Assembly (NCBI GenBank): GCA_963716395.1
Contig: OY970309.1
Coordinates: 224,001-288,000, forward strand
DNA from: an uncultured Fibrobacteria bacterium
GTDB lineage: Bacteria > Fibrobacterota > Fibrobacteria > UBA11236
DNA: 64,000 nt
Direction of reading: 5' to 3'
Shown: positions 26,907 through 37,424 of the stretch, piece by piece
How positions within the stretch are numbered: position 1 is the first letter of the stretch
How the letters are laid out: each line of letters starts with the position of its first letter
Notes under the pieces: generated by a model
The model's database searches: none
Told to the model about the DNA's origin: nothing
What the model saw: only the letters and a program-made list of their open reading frames with translations
Position numbers and translations under genes: made by a program

Positions 26907-28181
26907 ATGCCATCGTACCTTCCCCTTGTTCTGCTGGCCGCGCTGACCGCCTGGTCCACACCGCCCGCGGAGTCGCCCTATGCCACGTCCACGCCCGGGC
27001 TTTCCGGGCAGTTGCGCACGCGTACTGAATTCGACACTAAGGGCGCTTCCGATACGGCCTCTTCTCTCATCAACACCCAATTGCGCTCCCGCCTGGGGTT
27101 CACGGCCCAACCTGCGGACGGGATCGAAGCCAAGGTGGAATTCCAGGATGTGCGCTTCTGGGGGAGCGAGCCGGTAACGGGCGCCACGGCGGCCCAGACC
27201 GCCACCGTCGGCGACGCCAAAGGCGTGGATCTGCTGCAAGGTTATTTCACCGTCACCGCCGGCCCGGTCAAAGCCGCGCTCGGGCGCCAGAAAATGCAGT
27301 TGGGATCGGGACGTTTTCTTTCGACCCTGGAATGGAGCCCGACTTCGCGCGCGTTCGACGGCCTTTCCGCCAACTGGAACGCGGGTTCCGGCGATCTCAC
27401 CGGCCTCCTCTTTCTGGTGCGCGACACCAGCGCCGCCGTCAGCCGGGATCGCCTGCTGCTGTCGGGCCTGTTCTACGACAACCCCGTCTGCAAGCAGTTC
27501 GCGCTGGAAGCCTATGCCTTCTACGATCAAAGCCGCCTCAACAACGTCTACGGCAAAGACACGCTGACGAATTACGATCTCCTCTACGCCGGCGAACGCG
27601 CCACGGGCCGGCTGAACTGGTTCGCCTACGAAGAAGAATTCATCTGGCAGGGCGGCGAGGCGTATTACCAAAGGAATCTCACCAGCGCCGCGTTCCAGCT
27701 CGCCCTGCGTTTGGGAGTCGTGACTCCGGCCGCCAAGGCGAACCTGGGACTGGACGTGATGAGCGGCGACAGCGATCCCACCGACAATACCACCTCGCTG
27801 TATCGCGCCAATTATTACTTCGCGCACGCCTATTTCGGATGGATGGATTACTTCGCCACCAATCCGAAATACGGCGTGATGGATTGGCGCGGCGATGTGG
27901 CCTTGCCGTTTTGGAAAGCCGGAGGCCAATCCGCTTCGCTCCTGGCCCAATACCATTGGTTCACCCCGCAAAACGCGCCCTCGGGCCATGACGCCTCCTA
28001 TGGCCAGGAAGTCGACGGCGAGTTACATCTGGGGCTTTACCCCAAAACCCTTCTGGTATTGGGCGCGGCCGCGTTTTTTCCCGGAGCCTCGGCATACATG
28101 TTGCCGGGCGCCAAATTGGGAGCGACGCAAAATCGCAACACCGCCACCTTCTTCTACATCATGCCCACGGTCAATTTCTGA
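26907..28181 (+). CDS. alginate export (AlgE) family outer-membrane porin
   Basis: AAGGAG RBS, signal peptide, QLRTRTE, FQDVRFWG, GRQ, RAFDG, SGD, GQEVD, C-terminal Phe. Confidence 0.82.
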   Translation: MPSYLPLVLLAALTAWSTPPAESPYATSTPGLSGQLRTRTEFDTKGASDTASSLINTQLRSRLGFTAQPADGIEAKVEFQDVRFWGSEPVTGATAAQTATVGDAKGVDLLQGYFTVTAGPVKAALGRQKMQLGSGRFLSTLEWSPTSRAFDGLSANWNAGSGDLTGLLFLVRDTSAAVSRDRLLLSGLFYDNPVCKQFALEAYAFYDQSRLNNVYGKDTLTNYDLLYAGERATGRLNWFAYEEEFIWQGGEAYYQRNLTSAAFQLALRLGVVTPAAKANLGLDVMSGDSDPTDNTTSLYRANYYFAHAYFGWMDYFATNPKYGVMDWRGDVALPFWKAGGQSASLLAQYHWFTPQNAPSGHDASYGQEVDGELHLGLYPKTLLVLGAAAFFPGASAYMLPGAKLGATQNRNTATFFYIMPTVNF

Positions 28182-28202
28182 AGGGCCGCAGGCGGCTTGA
28201 CG

Positions 28203-28223
28203 CGCGGCCTTTCACGGGCCGCG
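28203..28223. terminator. GC hairpin between convergent genes
   Basis: CGCGGCC-TTTCACG-GGCCGCG; no strong U tract. Confidence 0.35.
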
Positions 28224-28226
28224 GGT

Positions 28227-29468
28227 TCAGTGGGTCGCGTTGATCAGCGCATGCACCGAGGATCCGGTCGCGGGTTTGGTCAAGGTCAGAAACAACAGTC
28301 CTTGCAACCAATCGTTCCGCAGCGGAATAAAACCATTGGACACCCGTCCGCAGAACAGGCGATGCCCCTCGATGTCGGCCACCGTGGCTTGGACATCGCC
28401 GATGACTCCGTCGAAGGTGATGCCGTCCGGAGTCGCCCGGGCGACGAGGCGGAAGGGAAGCGGGGCACGCGCCAGCACCCCGGTCGTTTTGGGAAGGATG
28501 CTCAGGGAAAGCTGCATGAAATCGATGGTATAGGATCCGTCCGCTGCGGGTGGAATGGCCGTGCCCTTCTGCTCCACGACAAAATTGGATCCGAAGGTGG
28601 TGGCATTGAGTTTCACCCGCAACATCACACTCTTGGGCATCTTGGGATGGGGGGAAACCCAGGTCATGGTCCAGCCGCCGGAAGAGGAGGTTTTGGCCGT
28701 GACCGTATCCATGGTGAAATGCGCACGATAATAGGCGGCGATATCCGCATAGGTGTCGATCCAGAGGCTGTCGGCGACGCCGGCTTCGAGCATCTTCAAG
28801 TTGTCCGGCGGCGTGAGGCTGTAAGCGTCGGGGTTCGCCGTCACATCATGCACGATGGTCGTCACCCAGGCATTTTTGGACTTCGCGGTGCCCAGCAGGG
28901 AGATGCCGGTTTGCACGCTCGTGGGAGTCAAAATCAAGCCCTGGATGTTCAACCAATCCGAGGGTTGGGTATTCCAGGCGTAGCTGGTTTCCCCGCATCC
29001 GCGCGCGGAAAAATTCTCCGCGCCCACGCCGGCTTCGCCGTTCACGTTGCAATTGGGATAGGCGAAGGTCACCGACTGGATGGAGGTGTCGAGACCGCGC
29101 AGATAGGTGGCCATCTGGGAGACGATGGCGGCGGCATCGGGGTCGGCGGGTACGTTGACGTGGTTATAGGTATGGTTGGCCAGTTCATAGCCTTTCTGGG
29201 CGACCTGAATCCAGTCGGGCACCCGGCTGGAAAAATCGCCGCCCGTACCGTTCACGGCGATGAAAAAGGTGGCCTTGATTTTTAGGGAATCCAATTGCGG
29301 CAGAAGGTTGGGAATCTGGCTGGAGCGGGCATCGTCGTAGGTGAAACTGACCGCGCCGGTGTGCCCATTCCACGGCACCGTGGTGACAGGTCCAGCGAAA
29401 CCGGAGAACGCGGCGGATGCGACAAGTGATAAAAAGGATAATCGGGATTGCCTATTCATGGAGAACAT
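28227..29468 (-). CDS. secreted polysaccharide deacetylase (CE4/NodB-like) with C-terminal sorting-like domain
   Basis: Signal peptide, SFTYDD, ATFF, ELANHTYNH, FAYP. Start 29468 or 29459. Confidence 0.85.
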   Translation of the reverse strand: MFSMNRQSRLSFLSLVASAAFSGFAGPVTTVPWNGHTGAVSFTYDDARSSQIPNLLPQLDSLKIKATFFIAVNGTGGDFSSRVPDWIQVAQKGYELANHTYNHVNVPADPDAAAIVSQMATYLRGLDTSIQSVTFAYPNCNVNGEAGVGAENFSARGCGETSYAWNTQPSDWLNIQGLILTPTSVQTGISLLGTAKSKNAWVTTIVHDVTANPDAYSLTPPDNLKMLEAGVADSLWIDTYADIAAYYRAHFTMDTVTAKTSSSGGWTMTWVSPHPKMPKSVMLRVKLNATTFGSNFVVEQKGTAIPPAADGSYTIDFMQLSLSILPKTTGVLARAPLPFRLVARATPDGITFDGVIGDVQATVADIEGHRLFCGRVSNGFIPLRNDWLQGLLFLTLTKPATGSSVHALINATH

Positions 29469-29753
29469 GGAGAATCTCACAGGCCAAGGGTCAAAGTGGG
29501 AACCATTTGGTTGTAACCTAATGCCAACCAAATGGATTAACCACGAAATTTCCAGCGAGAATTGTAACCGCATGGATAGTGACACCGACTTCTCGGAACC
29601 CGGCGGCCTGTCTTAAGCGGTGCCAGTTTAAAAACGGTGCCTGTTCGTGTCCGTTTTTTCAGGCGCCGGGCCGAGGCGGCTAAAACCGGAAGGCCGACTC
29701 TTGCTGCAAACGCCGGCGATTCCCAAAGGAAGAAGGATCGGCGTCTGTCGCCG

Positions 29754-30470
29754 TCACTTCTTGCCGTTGACGGCCAAGAGCTCGACTTCGAACACCAAGG
29801 TGGAGTTCGGCGGAATCTGCTGTCCCGCGCCGTGTTCGCCATAGGCCAGGTTCGGCGGAATGAACAGTTTGAACTTGTCGCCCGTATGCATGAGTTGCAG
29901 GGCTTCGGTCCAACCCGGAATCACACCGCTTACGGGAAAGGTGGCCGGCGTTCCGCGCTTGATCGAGCTGTCGAATTCGGTGCCGTCGAGCAGGGTTCCC
30001 ACGTAATCCACGGTGACCGTGTCGGTGGCTTTGGGAGAAACCTTGCTGGTACCGGATTTCAGCACTTTATATTCCAAACCGCTGGCCGTGGTTTTCACGC
30101 CTTCGGCTTTGCCGTTTTGGGCCAGGAAGTCCTGGCTTTTCTTCAGGTTCTCAACGGATTTTTTCTGGTTGAGGGAATCCATCTTGGCCATCATCTGGCC
30201 CTGGAATTCGGCCATGGTCGACTGCATCTGCGAATCCGTCAACATGCCCTTGGCGCCCGATTGGCCGTCGACGATGCCTTGGCGGACCCGATCGAGATCA
30301 AGATCGAGGTCCTGTTGCTTGAAGCTGCGGCCAATGCTCATGCCGATGCTGTAGCTCACCTTGTCTTTCTGGGTTTGCAGCGGGCCCTGCGCCTTTTTGG
30401 CTCCGTTGGTTTGGTTGCAGGCGCATAAGGCGAACAGGCCGAAACACACCATGCTGCTGACATATTTCAT
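29754..30470 (-). CDS. fkpA: FKBP-type peptidyl-prolyl isomerase lipoprotein (FkpA/Mip)
   Basis: Lipobox LCAC, SYSIG, TASGLEY, GTEFDSS, VIPGWTEAL, IPPNSTLVFEVEL. Confidence 0.92.
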   Translation of the reverse strand: MKYVSSMVCFGLFALCACNQTNGAKKAQGPLQTQKDKVSYSIGMSIGRSFKQQDLDLDLDRVRQGIVDGQSGAKGMLTDSQMQSTMAEFQGQMMAKMDSLNQKKSVENLKKSQDFLAQNGKAEGVKTTASGLEYKVLKSGTSKVSPKATDTVTVDYVGTLLDGTEFDSSIKRGTPATFPVSGVIPGWTEALQLMHTGDKFKLFIPPNLAYGEHGAGQQIPPNSTLVFEVELLAVNGKK

Positions 30471-30634
30471 ACTGACTCCGAAAGGTTGGCGCGAGAATGG
30501 GGCGCGCGGAAGAAGGTGGAAGGGGAAAGAGGCCGGACATGCGGCCGCAAGTGGGGCGAAAGTAGTAATAAAACCCCTGTGGCAACCGTTTCCAGGCGGT
30601 CGGCGCACAGCTACCGCAAACTATATTAGCCGCC

Positions 30635-30970
30635 ATGAACCTTGAAGGCATGGCTTCGGTGCTGCTGGAAAAGCTCAAGGGCATCGCCCAAACCGACACC
30701 GTGGTGGGAAAGCCCATCGTCGTCGAAGGCGCAACCTTGATTCCGGTGTCGCGCGTCTCCGTGGGTTTCGGCTTCGGGGGCCACAGCAGCAAAGCCGAAT
30801 CGGCCGGATCGGGCGGCGGGTTGTCGGTGGAACCCATCGCCTTCATCGTGGTGCAGGGCGAGAACACCAAAATCGTGAGCCTGACGCGCGAAAAAGATGT
30901 ATTCGGAAAAGCGATGGACCTGGTTCCCGAAGTGCTGGCGCTTTTGAAAAAAGACAAGAAAGACGGCTAA
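30635..30970 (+). CDS. GerW/YtfJ family protein
   Basis: TDTVVGKPI, LIPVSRVSVGFGFGG, GGGLSVEPIAF. Confidence 0.88.
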   Translation: MNLEGMASVLLEKLKGIAQTDTVVGKPIVVEGATLIPVSRVSVGFGFGGHSSKAESAGSGGGLSVEPIAFIVVQGENTKIVSLTREKDVFGKAMDLVPEVLALLKKDKKDG

Positions 30971-32394
30971 CCCACCAAGTCGGCCGGAACCTCCACCGAA
31001 AATTCGCTGCCTTCGCCCGGACGGCTGTGCGCGCGTACGGTCATGCCGTAGCGTTGCGCGGCATGCTTCACGATGGCCAGACCCAGGCCCGTGCCGTCTT
31101 TGCGGGCGCGCGAGCCGTCGGCGCGGTAGAAGCGCTCGAAAATCCGCGGCAGCAATTCTTCGGCGATGCCGATACCCGTGTCTTTGACGGCCACGCGCCG
31201 GGTTCCGGAATCCCAATACACCCGCACCTTGCCGCCGGGCTGGTTGTAGCGCACGGCATTGCCGACCAGGTTGTTGCAAATCAGCTCCAGATCGCGGGGC
31301 TCCATGCGCAAGCAGAGGCCGGCCGGCACCTGGTTCTCGAAGCGGATGCCCTGGCCTTCCATTTCGGTGCGGAGGAGTTGCGCCGCCGCATGCACATAGG
31401 TACGCACCGGTAACCGCTCCGAGTGGCGCGGCGAGGTCTGGCTTTCGAGTTGCGACAGACTGAGCAGATCCTGCACCAGCCGCTGCAGGCGCAGGGAGTT
31501 CTCGTAGATCTTGCGCACGAAGGGTTCGCGCGTCTGTGAGTTTTCCAGAGCGCCGTCGAGCAGGGATTCGGCATAGCCGCGAATCGAAGACAGCGGTGTC
31601 TTGAGCTCATGCGAGGCGTTGGCCACGAAGTCGCTTTTGGCCCGATCCAAGTTGCGAAAATCCGTGATGTTAATCACAGTAAAAAGATAGGCGCCGGCAT
31701 CCCCGCCCAAAGTGCGCAGATGGCACAGCAAATCCAAAGGAGCCCCGGCACCGCGGTCGATTTGGAAAAACGGCGGCCGCATGGGAGAGTCGAGTTGCGC
31801 GATGAACTCGGCCAAACCCGCATGCGACACCACCTCGCGCAGGATCCGGCCCTCCCAGCTTTCCTCGGCGGCTTCGGTTGACAAAAGTTTCCTAGCCGCG
31901 GGATTGTCGGCCAGCACGCGGCCTTCGGCCGACAATAACACGAGGCCTTCTTCCAGCCGGTTCAACACCAAGGTCAGGCGCGCATACTCTTCGCGGACCC
32001 CGGCGTAATGCCGGCGCAGGGCTTCGGCATATTCCGCCACGGCGCGGTTCACTTCGGCGGCTTCGCGCAGCGGGGCCCGCCATTGCAACACATGCGCGGG
32101 GTCGCGGGAAGCAGCGGCCAAGCGCCGCAAGGAACGGCGGACGGCCAACTGGATCCAGCCGCCACCCACGGCGGCCGCGAGCGCGAACAGCAATACGGTT
32201 CCGCCCAGAAGGCGCTCGGCGACGGTGCGCGCCTCCGGGCCCGGTAAAGCGGAAGAAACCGCGGCCAAAAACCGCCACTCCCAGGCCAGCACCGCCGCCC
32301 CCAACCCGCCGAGCCCCAGAAAGAAAACCCGGTTCAAGGTGAACCGGGGTCTTGCGGAATCGTCGGCGGGTTCCGGGTCCGGCGGCGCTTTCAC
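30967..32394 (-). CDS. phoR: phosphate regulon sensor kinase
   Basis: Two TMs, PAS, DFVANASHELKTPL, RIFERFYR, GTGLGLAIVKH; GTG start overlaps the phoB stop; next to pst. Confidence 0.88.
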   Translation of the reverse strand: MKAPPDPEPADDSARPRFTLNRVFFLGLGGLGAAVLAWEWRFLAAVSSALPGPEARTVAERLLGGTVLLFALAAAVGGGWIQLAVRRSLRRLAAASRDPAHVLQWRAPLREAAEVNRAVAEYAEALRRHYAGVREEYARLTLVLNRLEEGLVLLSAEGRVLADNPAARKLLSTEAAEESWEGRILREVVSHAGLAEFIAQLDSPMRPPFFQIDRGAGAPLDLLCHLRTLGGDAGAYLFTVINITDFRNLDRAKSDFVANASHELKTPLSSIRGYAESLLDGALENSQTREPFVRKIYENSLRLQRLVQDLLSLSQLESQTSPRHSERLPVRTYVHAAAQLLRTEMEGQGIRFENQVPAGLCLRMEPRDLELICNNLVGNAVRYNQPGGKVRVYWDSGTRRVAVKDTGIGIAEELLPRIFERFYRADGSRARKDGTGLGLAIVKHAAQRYGMTVRAHSRPGEGSEFSVEVPADLVG

Positions 32395-33095
32395 GCGACT
32401 TTGGCCCCGGAAGCCGCGCCTTCCGGATCCCACTGGTATCCGAACCCAGTGACGGTGCGGATATACTTTCCGTACGGCTTCAACTTGTCGCGCAAGCGGG
32501 TGACCGAAACATCCACGCTACGCAGGCCGGCCTTGGCGTCCATGCCCCAGGCGCGTTCCAACAACGCCGTGCGCGGGATGGTGCGGCCACGCCCCTCGAT
32601 CAGCACCTTGAGCACTTTGAATTCCAGCGGGGTGAGACCGACTTCACGGCCGTCGACTTCGAGCCGATGGCGGGCGAAATCCAATTGCAGGCCCTCGAAA
32701 CGGTGCTGCTCCTTCCCGCCCTTGGATCGCTTGAGCAGGGCCTTGGCCCGCGCCGCCAGTTCGCGCGGCGAAAAGGGCTTGGTGAGATAATCGTCGGCGC
32801 CCACTTGAAAGCCCGTCAGCTTGTCCGTCTCTTCGGTTTTGGCCGTGACGAACAGCACGGGAATTTCTTCGGTGCGTTCTTCCTGGCGCATGCGGCGGCA
32901 CAACTCGGTACCGGCCATATCGGGCAACATCACGTCGAGCACCGCCAGATCCACGGTTTCATCGTTCAAGGCCGCCATCGCTTCGCGAGCCGACTTCGCC
33001 GGGAAAACCCGGAACCCCTCATTCTGTAACGTGTAGGTGATGAGTTCGAGAATATCGGGATCATCCTCGGCAACCAAAACGGAACTTTCATCCAT
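32391..33095 (-). CDS. phoB: OmpR-family response regulator PhoB
   Basis: LDVMLP, GADDYLTKPFS, winged helix (RSVDVSVTRLRDKL, TVTGFGY); divergent from pstS. Confidence 0.88.
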   Translation of the reverse strand: MDESSVLVAEDDPDILELITYTLQNEGFRVFPAKSAREAMAALNDETVDLAVLDVMLPDMAGTELCRRMRQEERTEEIPVLFVTAKTEETDKLTGFQVGADDYLTKPFSPRELAARAKALLKRSKGGKEQHRFEGLQLDFARHRLEVDGREVGLTPLEFKVLKVLIEGRGRTIPRTALLERAWGMDAKAGLRSVDVSVTRLRDKLKPYGKYIRTVTGFGYQWDPEGAASGAKVA

Positions 33096-33302
33096 GCGCT
33101 TCCTCCTGAAAAGAAAATCTATCGGATTTGGACGATGGAGATTGCAAAGGATGTATTACGATCGCGTTTCAAACGTGAAACATTCCCGATGGAAACAAGG
33201 AAAACATCATCGTACGGAAATCCGACTGAAATAAAATCGCAACAGCAGAATCCTTTCTTTTCCCCCGTGCTTACGAAACAGAACATCGCACCAGGAGAGC
33301 GC

Positions 33303-33434
33303 ATGCAGGAACCAGGCTCGAAATTAGCATTCATCCCCGATCCGTGGTTTGAAGCCATCGGACTCGAAATGAACGCCTTCGACACCAGGGTCAACGACAA
33401 CCTTTTCACTTCCCGCCTGCCGGTGGAGTTCTAA
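33303..33434 (+). pseudogene. 43-aa ORF resembling a beta-barrel porin C-terminus (possible remnant)
   Basis: AGGAGA RBS; ends NDNLFTSRLPVEF*; lies just upstream of pstS. Confidence 0.3.
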
Positions 33435-33554
33435 CCAAGGGATCAGACTCCTTTTCATCTCTCTTGGGGATGGAAACGGCGGATGAAACCATTTCGAAAT
33501 GTCTTTTTAACCCAAACCCCTCTCCCAACCTCATTTATCCAGAAAGGACACCTC

Positions 33555-34583
33555 ATGTTCAAATTAAAATCGAGCCTGTTGGCTCTCTCCCTGATCGCCG
33601 CTCCGGCGACTCTGACCTTCGGGCTCAGCCTGAACGGAGCCGGATCGACCTTTATCTATCCGCTGGCTTCCAAGTGGTTCAACGTCTACAACAAGAAAAC
33701 CGGGGTGGAAATCAATTATCAAAGCATCGGCTCCGGCGCCGGCATTCGCCAACTTCTGAACGGCACCGTGGATTTCGGCGCCAGCGACGCCCCCATGACC
33801 GATGAAGACATGAAAAAATCCCCGGTTCCCATCCTACATTTGCCTGGAACCATGGGTGCCGTAGCGGTGGTTTACAATGTCAAGGGCGTGTCGGCCGGTC
33901 TCAAAATGACTCCCGAAGTCTTGGCCGGTATTTTCTTGGGCGAAATCACCAAGTGGAATGACAAGTCCATCGTCGACCTGAACCCCGGCCGCAAGCTCCC
34001 CGATGAGAACATCGTGGTGGCCCATCGCGCCGACGGCAGCGGCACCACCAACATCTTCACCGACTACCTGACCAAGGTGAGTCCGACCTGGGCCACGAAA
34101 GTGGGCAAAGGGACGGCGGTGAACTGGCCGGTGGGTCTCGGCGGCAAAGGCAACGAAGCCGTGGCCGGTTTGGTGAAACAAGTCGACGGCTGCATCGGGT
34201 ATTGCGAATTGGCTTATGTTTTGGAAAATCATCTCACCTACGCCCTGATCCGCAATGCCGACGGAGCCTATCCCGAGCCCTCCATCAAGACCACGACCGC
34301 TGCGGCCGCCGGCGCCCTGGCCACCATGCCCGCCGACTTCCGCGTTTCGTTCACCAATGCTCCGGGCAAAGATTCCTACCCGATTTGCGGATTCACCTGG
34401 TTCCTGGTGTTCCAACACTACGACGACGCGGCCAAGGGCAAAGCCTTGGTGGACTTCCTGAATTGGGCCATGGACGAGGGACAGAAAATGGGCCCGGCCA
34501 TGCGCTATGCCCCGCTGCCGGAATCGTTGACCAAGAAGATCAAAGAATCCATCGCCACCATCACCTACGGCAATGCCAAATAG
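33555..34583 (+). CDS. pstS: phosphate ABC transporter substrate-binding protein
   Basis: GAGSTF, YQSIGSGAG, DFGASD, HRADGSGTT, GGKGNE. Confidence 0.96.
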   Translation: MFKLKSSLLALSLIAAPATLTFGLSLNGAGSTFIYPLASKWFNVYNKKTGVEINYQSIGSGAGIRQLLNGTVDFGASDAPMTDEDMKKSPVPILHLPGTMGAVAVVYNVKGVSAGLKMTPEVLAGIFLGEITKWNDKSIVDLNPGRKLPDENIVVAHRADGSGTTNIFTDYLTKVSPTWATKVGKGTAVNWPVGLGGKGNEAVAGLVKQVDGCIGYCELAYVLENHLTYALIRNADGAYPEPSIKTTTAAAAGALATMPADFRVSFTNAPGKDSYPICGFTWFLVFQHYDDAAKGKALVDFLNWAMDEGQKMGPAMRYAPLPESLTKKIKESIATITYGNAK

Positions 34584-34668
34584 TGATTTACGGGAGAAGT
34601 CCCTTTCGGTTTCTGCCGGCAGCCGTGTCCGGAATTCCCATCCGGATCCGCGACGGTCAGAGGTACCC

Positions 34669-35640
34669 ATGAAAGCGACCCCTCCGCAAGATTCTTCGAG
34701 TCACCCCCGCAAGGGCTGGGGTGACTCCGTCTTTCGCTGGGTGACGGCCGGCTTCGCCGGCCTCATTCTGCTGCTGGCCATCGCCATCGCCATCGAACTT
34801 TGCCTCGCCTCCATTCCCGCCTTCAAGGGGATGGGATGGCATTTTTTCACCACCGAAGTTTGGGATCCGGTGCATGAAAAATTCGGAGCCCTGGCCTTCG
34901 TTTACGGCAGCGTGCTCTCCTCCCTGATCGGTTTCGCCTTGGCGACCCCGTTCGGAATCGGGATCGCCCTTTTTCTGACCGAAATGGCGCCCCGCCTGAT
35001 CCGCGAACCCATTTCCTTTCTCGTTGAGATTCTCGCCGCCATCCCCAGCGTGGTGTATGGCTTATGGGGAATTTTCGTGCTGGCGCCGTTCATGGCGCAC
35101 CACATCGACCCGCTTCTGGTCACCGTTTTCGGTAAACCGTTTTTTGCCCGTTCCTATGGCGGGCTTTCCCTGCTCAGCGCCGGCGTCATTCTCGCCATCA
35201 TGATTCTTCCCACCATCATGGCGGTGAGCCGCGAAATTTTCATTTCCATTCCGCGCAGCGCGCGCGAAGCCGCCCTGGCTTTGGGGGCCACGAAATGGGA
35301 AACCATCGCGGTCACGGTGCTGGCTCCCTCTAAGCCCGGCATTGTCGGCGCCTTGATGCTGGGGTTGGGCCGCGCCCTGGGCGAAACCATGGCGGTCACC
35401 ATGATTATCGGCAACCGCCCCGAGATTTCCTTGAACCTGCTGGCCCCTTCGCATACCATCGCCGCGGTGATCGCCAACGAATTCGCCGAGGCGGTCAGCG
35501 ACATGCACCTGGCGGCCCTATCGGAATTGGGATTGATTCTGATGGGGGTCACGGTATTGGTCAATATCGCCGCGCAAGTGCTGGTTTGGAGCACGACGAC
35601 CCGCGTTCAAACCCATCACAGCCACGCCAAGAAGGCTTAA
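34669..35640 (+). CDS. pstC: phosphate ABC permease
   Basis: LAAIPSVVYGLWG, EAALALGAT, GRALGETMAV. Confidence 0.95.
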   Translation: MKATPPQDSSSHPRKGWGDSVFRWVTAGFAGLILLLAIAIAIELCLASIPAFKGMGWHFFTTEVWDPVHEKFGALAFVYGSVLSSLIGFALATPFGIGIALFLTEMAPRLIREPISFLVEILAAIPSVVYGLWGIFVLAPFMAHHIDPLLVTVFGKPFFARSYGGLSLLSAGVILAIMILPTIMAVSREIFISIPRSAREAALALGATKWETIAVTVLAPSKPGIVGALMLGLGRALGETMAVTMIIGNRPEISLNLLAPSHTIAAVIANEFAEAVSDMHLAALSELGLILMGVTVLVNIAAQVLVWSTTTRVQTHHSHAKKA

Positions 35641-35651
35641 GGGTACCTCTC

Positions 35652-36511
35652 ATGGCGAATCGATATTTCAGCATGCGGCGCAAGGTGACGGACCACGTCA
35701 TGCGCTCCATCTGCTTCCTGATGGCCGCGTCGATCATGGTTCCCTTGATCAGCCTGGTGATCTACGTGGCGGCGCGCGGCCTGAAGCGTTTCGATCTTAA
35801 TTTCTTCACCCATCTACCCGCCCCGGTGGGCGAGCCGGGCGGAGGCATGGCCAATGCCATCGTGGGGACCCTCCTGATGGTGGGTATCGCCTGCGCGGTC
35901 AGCCTCCCCATCAGTATCATGGCCGGTGTTTACCTTTCCGAAGTCGGAAGAAAATCCCGTTTCGCTTCCCTGGTGCGTTTCACCGCCGACGTCCTGTCGG
36001 GGGTACCCTCCATCGTGGTGGGAATTTTCGTGTACCAAATCGTGGTCAAGCCCACTCACCATTTTTCGGCCTTCGCGGGCGGCGTTTCCCTGGGCATTCT
36101 GATGGTTCCCCTGGTCACGCGCATCACCGAGGAATTGCTGAAACTGGTTCCGCGCTCCTTGACCGAAGGCTCGCTGGCGCTCGGCGCCCCGGCCTGGAAA
36201 ACGACGTTTCTGGTCGTGCTGCATGCCGCACGGGCCGGCATCGTCACCGGCGCCTTGCTGGCGCTGGCGCGCATTACCGGAGAAACCGCCCCACTTTTGT
36301 TTACCTCGTTGAACAATCAATTTTGGCCGTCGGGAATTTATTCACCCACGGCCTCGCTGACAGTGCAGGTGTTCACCTTCGCCATCTCCCCCTTTAAAGA
36401 TTGGCAGGACCAGGCCTGGACGGGCGCCTTGGTGCTTCTCCTGCTTGGTGTTTATCGTCAGCCTGGCTCTCCCGATTCGCTTTGAAAGGCGTGCGGCAGC
36501 TTTCCAACTAA
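35652..36511 (+). CDS. pstA: phosphate ABC permease (3' end apparently frameshifted; the in-frame stop is at 36485)
   Basis: GVPSIVVG, ARITGETAPL. The last TM helix continues in shifted frames (VFIVSLA, then SRFALKGVRQLSN*). Confidence 0.9.
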
Positions 36512-36571
36512 ATCCTGCGGCCCTCGGATCCAGCGCCCCATTTTTCTCTCAACCCCGGCAGTGAAGGCATT

Positions 36572-37378
36572 ATGACCACCGAAACCACTCCCTCAAAACA
36601 AGCCGCCTCGGAAACGAATTCGCACCCCGTCAAGATGAGCGTTCGCAACCTCAATTTGCATTACGGCCCCAAGCAGGCCCTGCACGACATCAATATGGAT
36701 GTCCGGGAAAATTGGGTGACGGCTTTGATCGGCCCTTCGGGCTGCGGCAAATCGACCTTTTTGCGGACGCTCAACCGCATGAACGATTTGATCGACAATG
36801 TGCGCATCGATGGGAGCATTCAGGTGGACGGGAAGGATATCTACAACCAAGGCTTGGACGTGGTCGCCTTGCGCAAACGCGTGGGGATGATCTTTCAGAA
36901 ATCCAACCCCTTTCCGAAATCCATCTATGACAACGTGGCCTACGGCCCGCGCATCCACGGGCTGCGCGACAAAAAAAAGCTCGATGCGCTGGTCGAAAAA
37001 AGCCTTCGCCAGGCGGCGTTGTGGGACGAAGTCAAAGACGAGTTGAACAAAAGCGCCTTGGCCCTTTCGGGCGGCCAGCATCAACGCCTCTGCATCGCCC
37101 GGGCCTTGGCGGTGGAACCCGAAGTGCTGCTGATGGACGAACCCGCATCGGCCCTCGATCCATTGGCCACGGCCAAAATCGAAGAATTGATTTACGAACT
37201 GAAAGATCGCTACACCATCGTGATCGTGACCCACAACATGCAACAGGCCGCGCGCGTTTCCGGAGACACGGCGTTCTTTTACATGGGGCAGTTGATAGAA
37301 TTCGGCGCCACCGAAAAAATTTTCACCCAGCCCAAGGAAAAGAAAACCGAAGATTACGTCACGGGTAGGTTCGGATGA
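36572..37378 (+). CDS. pstB: phosphate ABC ATPase
   Basis: [36 protein letters not shown]. Confidence 0.96.
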   Translation: MTTETTPSKQAASETNSHPVKMSVRNLNLHYGPKQALHDINMDVRENWVTALIGPSGCGKSTFLRTLNRMNDLIDNVRIDGSIQVDGKDIYNQGLDVVALRKRVGMIFQKSNPFPKSIYDNVAYGPRIHGLRDKKKLDALVEKSLRQAALWDEVKDELNKSALALSGGQHQRLCIARALAVEPEVLLMDEPASALDPLATAKIEELIYELKDRYTIVIVTHNMQQAARVSGDTAFFYMGQLIEFGATEKIFTQPKEKKTEDYVTGRFG

Positions 37379-37424
37379 GGGCGGCTCCGTCCACCCCGAG
37401 GGGTTTTGCCCCTACGCCCGCTCC

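Noticed and set aside
29560-29750. c-di-GMP riboswitch upstream of the deacetylase
   Set aside because: No GGCAAA...GAAA...GACGCAAAG core on either strand.
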